This document shows positions 1 to 7,036 of a stretch of 13,271 nt of DNA, one piece after another. Location: assembly GCA_027623195.1 (NCBI GenBank), contig JAQBUT010000045.1:1-13271 (forward strand), in the 5' to 3' direction. The position numbers were made by a program, and so were the translations under genes. The DNA is from Chloroflexota bacterium (lineage in GTDB: Bacteria > Chloroflexota > Dehalococcoidia > Lucifugimonadales > JADFKI01). The notes beneath the pieces are model-generated. The model was not told the DNA's origin, did no database searches, and saw only the letters and a list, made by a program, of their open reading frames with translations. How positions within the stretch are numbered: the stretch's first letter is position 1; each line of letters begins with the position of its first letter.

Positions 1-22
1 TTGCCTGTGGCAACTGAACCCT

Positions 23-51
23 TGGACATGGCCCATATGCGGCTTTATAAT
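23..51 (+). promoter_or_regulatory. sigma70-type promoter for the methyltransferase cluster
   Basis: TGGACA (23-28), 17-nt spacer, perfect TATAAT (46-51), about 50 nt upstream of the first gene. Confidence 0.7.
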
Positions 52-104
52 GAATTAGCCTGTCATTTCTAACGAAGAAGGCAATTTATCGAAAAAGATG
101 CAAT

Positions 105-476
105 TTGGCTAAAGTAAGAGTTATGTACTGGAAGGAGATTCCAGTGCAGGTACAGGCTCAGGACGACAATGAAACGGTTTCCCGGCCCATGGACGACCGT
201 TTCCAGCAGGGCGTCGACGCCGTATCCATGTTAGACGGCAGCGGCGGGACCGACGACTACCTGATGGCCTGGGAGTGGGGCGATTTCCAGGATGTCGAAG
301 GGAGTCCCAAGGACGCAGCGGAGATTATCGCGACACGTTACGAGCTGCATTTCCCTAAGAACTTCGTGGCTCGGATACGGGACCTCCATCGAAATGGAAA
401 CCGGGACCCGCAACCAGGCGCGGTAGACCACTGGCTTGGCGACCCGGAATCAACCGCAGATAACGGAGCTGGTTAA
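105..476 (+). CDS. Virulence_fact (PF13769)-like small protein
   Basis: 123-aa ORF with TTG start. The N-terminal YWKEIPVQV, RFQQGVDAVSM and DYLMAWEW motifs are typical of this family. Its stop overlaps the next ATG (TAATG 474-478). Confidence 0.75.
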   Translation: MAKVRVMYWKEIPVQVQAQDDNETVSRPMDDRFQQGVDAVSMLDGSGGTDDYLMAWEWGDFQDVEGSPKDAAEIIATRYELHFPKNFVARIRDLHRNGNRDPQPGAVDHWLGDPESTADNGAG

Positions 477-1384
477 TGACACAAACTAACGCCCCCGCGC
501 TGACCATACTTGAGCGTCTCGCCAAGGGCGACGTGCTCATATCAGACGGCGCCACCGGCAGCTATCTGCAGCAGCACGGCCTAAAAGACGGCGACCCCGA
601 GGAGTGGAACGCCACCCACCCGGAAGTTGTGCAGAATATGGCCAAGGCCTACTTCGACGCAGGCTCCGACATGGTTCTGACCAACACCTTTGGGGGCACG
701 GCGCTACGCCAGTCCCACTACGGTTTCGAGAATCGAATCGCTGAATTCAACATTCTCGCAGCGCATCACGCTCGCAGCGTTGCGCCGGAAGGCTGCTTTG
801 TCGTCGGGTCGGCAGGCCCCACGGGCGTGCTAATAGACGACCCGCTGAGTGACAACCCCGTTTCAGATGAGCAGGCATACGAGGCTTTTAAAGAGCAGAT
901 CATGGCTTTGGCGGAAGGCGGCGTGGACGCGGTAAACATCGAGACGATGATAGACGTGCGCGAGGCGAAGCTGGCCATCAAGGCGGCCAAGGACAACACG
1001 GACCTCATCATCAGCACCACCATGTTCTTCGACAAGGGCCCACGGGGGTTCTTTACCATGATGGGCACGACTCCAGATGTGGCGGTACGGGAACTCCATG
1101 AGGCTGGCGCAGACATCGTGGGCGCGAACTGCGGCAACGGAATAGACGTAATGGTTGAGCTGGCTCGCGAACTGCGGGCTGCCACAGACGGTTACCTCCT
1201 GATACACTCCAACGCAGGCATTCCTGCCATGAAGGGTGGACAGATCATTTACCCGGAGTCGCCGGAGTTCATGGCGGAGCGCTTCAAGGTGCTGGTTGAA
1301 GACGTAGGCGTCAACATTATTGGCGGCTGTTGCGGCACCACGCCCGACCACATCCGCGCCTTGCGTAAGGCGATACGAGGATAA
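476..1384 (+). CDS. homocysteine S-methyltransferase family protein (stand-alone MetH Hcy-binding/BHMT domain)
   Basis: DGATGS, PEEWN, TNTFG and ETM motifs, plus the Zn-ligand motifs GANC and IIGGCCGTTPDHI; 302 aa. Confidence 0.93.
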   Translation: MTQTNAPALTILERLAKGDVLISDGATGSYLQQHGLKDGDPEEWNATHPEVVQNMAKAYFDAGSDMVLTNTFGGTALRQSHYGFENRIAEFNILAAHHARSVAPEGCFVVGSAGPTGVLIDDPLSDNPVSDEQAYEAFKEQIMALAEGGVDAVNIETMIDVREAKLAIKAAKDNTDLIISTTMFFDKGPRGFFTMMGTTPDVAVRELHEAGADIVGANCGNGIDVMVELARELRAATDGYLLIHSNAGIPAMKGGQIIYPESPEFMAERFKVLVEDVGVNIIGGCCGTTPDHIRALRKAIRG

Positions 1385-1428
1385 CCCGCACCCATATTCC
1401 TAGCTCGAAATATCGTAAGGTGAGATCA

Positions 1429-2103
1429 ATGACCGAGGCCAAAGCGAAGCCACGACCAGGCGCAGAGGAAGTCATAGAAAAGTATGGCCGCTGCCTGGAG
1501 CTCGTGTCCATGGATCCGCACTTCCACAACGTCAGCGTGGGCCTATACCTCAAGGGCGACGTCTGTACGGTGTGGTCGTTCAGCAGCAAGCCCGGCTTGG
1601 CGGAACGCCTGCAGCAAATTCGCGATCAGATGATAGCCCTGGGCGACATGGACCCCGTCGAAGGCTCAACAAACCAGGCGAGGTTCCGTTGCGGCGACCT
1701 ACACCCGCGCCCCGTTAAGTTCCTGCTGAGCCAGGCGGTAGGCAAGGCACCCGACTACGCCCCAGCAGACGACATGTCCATCAGAGATTCCAAGTCGGCG
1801 TTGACGCTGCGTTTCACTGGCCACGAAGAAGAGGGGCGATGGTCATACAGCGTTTCCAGCGAGGGCGAGGCCCCCAATCCTGCCGTCCGAATTCGCATGG
1901 TGGTGGCCGGCTTCGTGCGCTACGGTGAGATGGAGAAGCTCAACGACACTGATGTCGCCTTCGCCTGCGGCCGGCGCCACGACGGGCTGGTGCGGCTGTT
2001 GATGCCCTACTCGCGCAACATTTCCAGTGTGGAGGGCATGATGGAAGCCGAAGCACTGCGCGGCCAGATGACGACCGGCACGCTCGGCTTCTCGCAGACG
2101 TAG
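1429..2103 (+). CDS. hypothetical protein with internal two-fold repeat (FxCGxxH twice)
   Basis: Long ORF with host-like GC3 bias. SD-like TAAGGTGA (1416-1423) favours ATG 1429 over GTG 1420. No family recognised. Confidence 0.8.
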   Translation: MTEAKAKPRPGAEEVIEKYGRCLELVSMDPHFHNVSVGLYLKGDVCTVWSFSSKPGLAERLQQIRDQMIALGDMDPVEGSTNQARFRCGDLHPRPVKFLLSQAVGKAPDYAPADDMSIRDSKSALTLRFTGHEEEGRWSYSVSSEGEAPNPAVRIRMVVAGFVRYGEMEKLNDTDVAFACGRRHDGLVRLLMPYSRNISSVEGMMEAEALRGQMTTGTLGFSQT

Positions 2104-2111
2104 GGGACATT

Positions 2112-2357
2112 ATGAAAGATTACTCAGTTATATCCGAGTCTAAGGATGTGCTTGGCGGCACTCCTGTATTCCGGGGGACTTGCGTTCCCATCAAGAACCT
2201 GATGGACTACCTTGCGGCGGGGCAAGACCTCGACGAGTTTTTGGACGACTTTCCTACGGTGACGAAGGGGCAGGTTAAGGAATTACTAGAGATAGCCAAG
2301 CAGGCCGTATTGAGCGACACCACGGCAACGGATGCGTTAGGCTTCTCACAAACCTAA
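2112..2357 (+). CDS. DUF433 family putative antitoxin
   Basis: DVLGGTPVFRGTCVPIKNLMDYLAAGQDLDEFLDDFPTV is the DUF433 pattern, although the usual GTRVP reads GTCVP here. Confidence 0.88.
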   Translation: MKDYSVISESKDVLGGTPVFRGTCVPIKNLMDYLAAGQDLDEFLDDFPTVTKGQVKELLEIAKQAVLSDTTATDALGFSQT

Positions 2358-2364
2358 GGAGGAA

Positions 2365-2528
2365 ATGAATTTCACGATAGAAATCGAACAAGAAGTGGAT
2401 GGTCGTTGGATTGCAGAAGTTATGGAACTTCCGGGTGTTCTTTCTTACGGAACTAATTCGGGTAAAGCCAAAACAAAGGCTCAGGCATTAGGCCTACGTT
2501 TGTGACCGATAAACTTGAGTGCGGCTAG
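2365..2528 (+). pseudogene. HicB-like antitoxin, frameshifted near the 3' end
   Basis: AGGAGG at 2357-2362 and ATG at 2365 give MNFTIEIEQEVDGRWIAEVMELPGVLSYGTNSGKAKTKAQALGLRL* (stop 2503-2505). The -1 frame continues VTDKLECG* (to 2528), matching the usual HicB-like tail LRVxADRLExG. Confidence 0.8.
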
Positions 2529-2549
2529 ATCTAAAAGGAGCCCAAACAC

Positions 2550-3581
2550 ATGCCACTAATCGAGACAATGACGCCACGAGAGCGGGTGATGAACGCGCTT
2601 GCGGGAAAACCTGTGGACCGCACGCCTGTTGCGAACCCCACCAACGTGGCCACCGTGGAGCTGATGGACCTGGTGGACGCGCCCTTCCCGGAAGCCTGCC
2701 GCGACCCCGAGTTGGCCGCGCGTCTGGCGGCGACCGGACACACGGAGTTAGGCTTCGACGCCATAGCGCCATACTTCACCATCATCCAAGAGTCGTCGGC
2801 GCTGGGCTGCGAGATGCAGTGGGAGGAGAAGGACAACTGGCCCACGGTGCGCATGAGCAACCCCATCTGGAAGGGCCCCGACGACATCAAGATTCCCGCC
2901 GGGTTCTTGGAGCACCGGGACAATCTCGCCATTACCCGCTCGATCAGCCTGTTGAAGGAAGAGTTCGGCGATAAGGTGGCAATCATAGGCAAGACCATGG
3001 GCCCCTGGACGCTGGCGTACCACGTCTTCGGCGTAGAGGCCTTTTTGCTCATGACCGTGGACGACCCCGACATGACCCTGCGATGCCTCCACAAGCTAAA
3101 GGAAATTTCGGTGCTGTTCGGCCAGGCGCAAATCGCCGCCGGCGCCGATGCCCTGACATTTCCCGACCACGCCACGGGCGACCTCGTTAGCGGCGAGTAC
3201 TACAGGCGGTTCCTCCTGGAAATCCATCAGGAGATGGTGGACCGGTTCAGCGCGCCGCTTATCCTTCACATCTGCGGCAACACCCTGGACCGCATGCCCT
3301 ACATCGCGGAGACCGGCATGGCGGCGTTCCACTTCGACTCCAAGAACGACCCTCAGGAGGCCATGGACAAGGTGGACGGCAAGATCGCGCTGGTGGGCAA
3401 CATCAACAATCCCGATACGCTATACGCCCGTGGGCCTGAGCAGGTACGCGCCGAGGTGTACAAGTGCCTAGACGCCGGTGTACAGATGATAGCGCCGGAA
3501 TGCGCCATTCCTCTGGCCACAAAGCTGGAGAATCTAATCGAGATTCCCCGCGCCGTGAAGGAATGGACGGCCTCCCACTAG
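2550..3581 (+). CDS. MtaA/CmuA family (URO-D fold) methylcobamide:thiol methyltransferase
   Basis: MTPRERVMNALAGKPVDRTPV, VELMD...FPEA, GPWTLA and GNIN motifs, plus the Zn ligands LHICG and APEC. SD AAGGAG upstream. Confidence 0.9.
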   Translation: MPLIETMTPRERVMNALAGKPVDRTPVANPTNVATVELMDLVDAPFPEACRDPELAARLAATGHTELGFDAIAPYFTIIQESSALGCEMQWEEKDNWPTVRMSNPIWKGPDDIKIPAGFLEHRDNLAITRSISLLKEEFGDKVAIIGKTMGPWTLAYHVFGVEAFLLMTVDDPDMTLRCLHKLKEISVLFGQAQIAAGADALTFPDHATGDLVSGEYYRRFLLEIHQEMVDRFSAPLILHICGNTLDRMPYIAETGMAAFHFDSKNDPQEAMDKVDGKIALVGNINNPDTLYARGPEQVRAEVYKCLDAGVQMIAPECAIPLATKLENLIEIPRAVKEWTASH

Positions 3582-3686
3582 TTTCAGTGGAGTAGAGCGG
3601 ACGCCAATTCTGGTAGATGCGGACTTTTAAACGCATATTTCAATAGAACCGGATATTAATCGACTGTTGTGAGGATACCCAAAAAT

Positions 3687-4442
3687 ATGCCGATACATAA
3701 CGAGGGCCTGGCCAAGGAGATGGAGTACGTCACCAAGCCCTTCGAGATAGCACACATCAAAGGCCTTTTCGAAACCACGGACTCTCTGATGCACGACATT
3801 GCATATAACCTGATCGTCGGCAACCATACCGTGGTGGACACTCTTACTCAAAAGGCCCTAGCCGATGGCTATACGGCCAACGACATCATGGACGACGGCC
3901 TGATTGCCGGTATGGCCATCGTGGGTATTAAGTTCCGCGACAACTATATCTTCGTGCCCGAGGTGCTGGTGGCCGCCCGCGCAATGAAAGCCGGTATGGC
4001 ATATATCGAGCCTATCCTTTCCGCGTCCGGCATTGAGCCCATTGGCACCGTCATCATGGGGACGGTTAAGGGCGACCTGCACGACATCGGCAAGAACCTG
4101 TGCATCATGATGCTTCGCGGTGCTGGCTTCGTCGTCCACGACCTGGGCGTCGACACCAAGCCCGACGAGTTCATTGACGCCGTCATGGAGCACGAGGCGC
4201 AAATCCTCGGCATGTCGGCGCTGCTGACCACAACGATGCCCAACATGGGCCGCACCATCGAGGCAATCGAGGAGGCGGGCCTACGCGACGCCGTTAAGGT
4301 TATGGTGGGAGGCGCTCCCCTAAGCCAAGAGTTCGCTGATGACATGGGAGCCGACGGCTACGGGGGCAACGCCATCGAATGCGTGGACCTGGCCAAGGAA
4401 TTTGCGAAACTGAAATCGGTATCCGCAGCGGGTTCCGACTAA
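3687..4442 (+). CDS. corrinoid (cobalamin-binding) protein, MtbC/MetH B12-domain type
   Basis: FVPEVLVAARAM cap, GTVKGDLHDIGKNL (DxHxxG), MSALLTTTM and VGGAP motifs. GAGGA at 3671-3675 favours ATG 3687; the track start is GTG 3669. Confidence 0.93.
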   Translation: MPIHNEGLAKEMEYVTKPFEIAHIKGLFETTDSLMHDIAYNLIVGNHTVVDTLTQKALADGYTANDIMDDGLIAGMAIVGIKFRDNYIFVPEVLVAARAMKAGMAYIEPILSASGIEPIGTVIMGTVKGDLHDIGKNLCIMMLRGAGFVVHDLGVDTKPDEFIDAVMEHEAQILGMSALLTTTMPNMGRTIEAIEEAGLRDAVKVMVGGAPLSQEFADDMGADGYGGNAIECVDLAKEFAKLKSVSAAGSD

Positions 4443-4464
4443 GTCGAGAGGCCATTTTTAAACG

Positions 4465-4767
4465 ATGCCTGAAGACCAACGACCAGAAGAAGTTCCTAAC
4501 AGTGAACCGGTGGACAGAAGCCGTTACGAGTCCAGTCTGCAGCGGCTGGATGACATCTTTCGAGATATCTCTGGCACTGTCACCGAGGTTTCCAAGTGGC
4601 GATGCCCTTACAAGAACGTGGAGAACGAGTGCACCGCGAACTTCGGTTGCCGGAACCAGGACCGCTCCGTGCCGGAAGGCGATCTGTTCATCTGCACCAG
4701 CGACGATAAACTAGACTACCGTTCTGCCTGGGATATTTCGGATGAACGGCGGACCACCATAGAATAA
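4465..4767 (+). CDS. small cysteine-rich hypothetical protein (C-x8-C-x5-C-x14-C)
   Basis: 100-aa ORF in operon orientation with GAGAGG upstream; contains WRCPYKNVENECTANFGCRNQ...FIC. Confidence 0.75.
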   Translation: MPEDQRPEEVPNSEPVDRSRYESSLQRLDDIFRDISGTVTEVSKWRCPYKNVENECTANFGCRNQDRSVPEGDLFICTSDDKLDYRSAWDISDERRTTIE

Positions 4768-4831
4768 GCAGCAGACCATATACCATGCTTATGCGTCTAA
4801 AAAATCGAATTGGCAAAGAAGAGGATGGGAT

Positions 4832-5269
4832 TTGGCGGAAACTAAATTAGAGCTATCGATATTCATTAAACGGCCCATTGCTGAAGTATTTGAATTCGTC
4901 TCCAAGGCCGAGAACATGCCTAAGTGGGCCGCGAAAATAGTCGATGCTGCGCAGACCTCAGAGGGGCCCATCGAGGTTGGCACCACCTGCTACGTGACCG
5001 CCAAGGCCATGGGCCGCGAGGCCACACAGGATTTCATCGTAACCGAGTGCGTCGAGGACAAGACTTACGTCGCCAAAAGCACATCCGGCCCCGTGCAGAT
5101 GGAGACGCGGTACGATTTGGACCCTGCTGAAGAGGGCACGAATGTCCGGGCTACTGTCTTGGCCAACATGGGCGGAATGATGGCCGTGGCCGGTCCATTT
5201 CTGGCCCGCAAGATGAAGAAGCAGTTCGAAGAAGACCACGCCAACCTCAAGTTGTTGCTGGAATCCTAA
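4832..5269 (+). CDS. SRPBCC / polyketide cyclase-like family protein
   Basis: SIFIKRPIAEVFEFVS...NMPKW, GPIEVGT and the C-terminal helix DHANLKLLLES. GAGGA upstream of the TTG start. Confidence 0.85.
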   Translation: MAETKLELSIFIKRPIAEVFEFVSKAENMPKWAAKIVDAAQTSEGPIEVGTTCYVTAKAMGREATQDFIVTECVEDKTYVAKSTSGPVQMETRYDLDPAEEGTNVRATVLANMGGMMAVAGPFLARKMKKQFEEDHANLKLLLES

Positions 5270-5300
5270 TCCGATTGCCGCGTTAGCGCCGGGTCGTAAA

Positions 5301-5309
5301 TGCTAAAAT
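5301..5309 (+). promoter_or_regulatory. extended -10 promoter, probable leaderless transcript of the ASKHA gene
   Basis: TG-C-TAAAAT ends 6 nt before ATG 5316, with no convincing SD. Confidence 0.55.
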
Positions 5310-5315
5310 AGGCGC

Positions 5316-6938
5316 ATGGCTCCCCTTCACTACGACCACCACCGCCTCGAATCCGAGGTAGACAAGACTCTATTCGATTACGCTGACTCGCTGAAAGTTC
5401 GCGTGCCCACCTCCTGCGGGCGCACTGGAGAGTGCCACGAGTGCATTATCGACATCAGGCGCGGCATGGACGCCCTGTCGCCCCACTCGGATGCAGAGAG
5501 GTTTCTGCGAGAAAGCTATAGACTGGCCTGCCAGGTAACTATCCTTGAACCTGACGCCGACGTGGAATTTTCGGTGCTCAGACGCCAACCCCGTATCCTC
5601 ACAGACTCCATTCGAAGAGAAATCGACCTTAACCCCGTCACCCATCGTCAGGGCGACGCTGTGTACCACGGAGACCGGCGCATAGACGATTACCGAGGCC
5701 AGATGTTTGGTCTGGCCGTGGACTTGGGCACCACAACCGTAGCCATAAACCTGGTGGACCTGGAGTCCGGAAATGTGATGTACACAGCTTCCTTCGAGAA
5801 CCCGCAGCGTTTCGGTGGAAGCGACATTATGAACCGAATTTCATACGACGGTGGGCCGTTTAAGGGAGAGCTTCAACAGGTCATGCTATCGGCCGTAAAC
5901 TTCGAGATTGGCGATATGGCCAGGCAACTGGACTTCCACAGGCGCAGGATTTACGAGATCGTCATCGTTGGCAACGCCACAATGCGAGACATATTCTTCG
6001 GAATCGACGTCCAGTCCGTGGGGGAGCGCCCTTACAAATCTATCACCGAGCTTGAGATGCTGGACGGCCAGAGGGAAACCACCGCGCTAAACGTAAGCGC
6101 TCGTGATCTTGGCCTGCGTATATTTCCAGATGCGAACGTTTACGGCGGGCCACTGATAAGCTCCCACGTGGGCGCCGACGTTGCTGCCGACCTTCTGGCC
6201 ATCGGCATCGATCAGGAGGAAGACCTGGTAATGCTGGTGGACGTGGGCACCAACACGGAGGTCGTGCTGGGCAACAAGCACAGGCTGATGGCGGCCTCAT
6301 GTCCCGCTGGACCTGCCTTTGAGGGCGGGGAGGTCACCTACGGCATGCCTGGCTACGATGGCGCGGTCGAGTCCATCACGCTTGAGGGGAACAAGGTTAG
6401 CTACCAGACTATTGGAAAAACGCCGCCAGAAGGCATTTGCGGCTCCGGCCTGGTGGACCTGTTGGCGGAGCTTCGGCGTACGGGGAAGATGACCGAGTTA
6501 GGTGTCCTGGAAAACGGCCAATACGAGTTCGCTTTCGCGCCCGAGAATGGGCTAACACTTTCCAGGGCCGACATCAGCGCACTGGCGCAGGCGAAGTCTG
6601 CCAATTACGCGGGACAGTTCATCGTCATACGGAACTACGGAGAGCCTGCTGCCAAGATATCAAAGCTCTACCTCGCCGGTGGTTTTGCCAACTACATCAA
6701 CGAGGCCAACGCCGTTGCCATTGGGTTCATAGCAAATCTTCCGCAAGGGCGCATCGAGAAGGTGGGCAACGCCTCTCTCGAGGGCGCGACCATCATGCTG
6801 CTGTCCGGCAGGCTAAGACAGCGTATGGAGGAGATGGCCCGCCAGATCGAACACGTGGAACTGGAGACTACTCCCGACTTCTTCGACATTTTCGTCGAGG
6901 GCTGCATGTTCAATCCCATGATTAGCGACATAAAGTAG
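5316..6938 (+). CDS. ASKHA-domain (DUF4445/RACo-type) ATP-dependent reductive activator of corrinoid proteins with N-terminal 2Fe-2S domain
   Basis: SCGRTGECHEC...RLACQ ferredoxin motif, plus DLGTTT, NPQRFGGSDIMNRI, DVGTNTE, CPAGPAFEG, GICGSG, LAGGF and GNASLEGA. Confidence 0.93.
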   Translation: MAPLHYDHHRLESEVDKTLFDYADSLKVRVPTSCGRTGECHECIIDIRRGMDALSPHSDAERFLRESYRLACQVTILEPDADVEFSVLRRQPRILTDSIRREIDLNPVTHRQGDAVYHGDRRIDDYRGQMFGLAVDLGTTTVAINLVDLESGNVMYTASFENPQRFGGSDIMNRISYDGGPFKGELQQVMLSAVNFEIGDMARQLDFHRRRIYEIVIVGNATMRDIFFGIDVQSVGERPYKSITELEMLDGQRETTALNVSARDLGLRIFPDANVYGGPLISSHVGADVAADLLAIGIDQEEDLVMLVDVGTNTEVVLGNKHRLMAASCPAGPAFEGGEVTYGMPGYDGAVESITLEGNKVSYQTIGKTPPEGICGSGLVDLLAELRRTGKMTELGVLENGQYEFAFAPENGLTLSRADISALAQAKSANYAGQFIVIRNYGEPAAKISKLYLAGGFANYINEANAVAIGFIANLPQGRIEKVGNASLEGATIMLLSGRLRQRMEEMARQIEHVELETTPDFFDIFVEGCMFNPMISDIK

Positions 6939-6947
6939 TGCTATTAT
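6939..6947 (+). promoter_or_regulatory. candidate extended -10 promoter for the dehydrogenase gene
   Basis: TG-C-TATTAT immediately after the ASKHA stop codon. Confidence 0.4.
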
Positions 6948-7036
6948 GTGATCGTCCTATGCCTGTAGCACCACAATAGCCCTTCCTATTGGGCAGGCGT
7001 CCCATACAAATTTTTCTAAAAACCCAGGAGAACTCC

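Noticed and set aside
52..104. Cobalamin or SAM riboswitch upstream of the B12/methionine cluster
   Set aside because: The leader is only about 50 nt and shows no B12-box or S-box core.
98..112. Mini-ORF ATG CAA TTT GGC TAA overlapping the first gene's start
   Set aside because: Only four codons, with no informative residues or attenuator structure; expected by chance.
476..1384. Assigning the symbol metH or bmt
   Set aside because: Only the Hcy-binding domain is present and the methyl donor is unknown, so a specific symbol is not supportable.
2083..2549. Integron cassette array or CRISPR-like repeat explaining the duplicated gene ends
   Set aside because: There are only two copies, similarity is at peptide rather than nucleotide level, and there are no attC-like inverted repeats, integrase or cas genes.
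2550..3581. hemE (uroporphyrinogen decarboxylase) or evidence of methanogenesis
   Set aside because: It lacks the HemE RQAGR motif and has HxC...C Zn ligands. MtaA-like proteins occur in bacteria, and no methanogenesis genes are present.
3582..3686. THF riboswitch or other structured RNA before the corrinoid gene
   Set aside because: Only a GAGTAG word and a weak ATGCG/CGCAT stem are present; the conserved core is absent.
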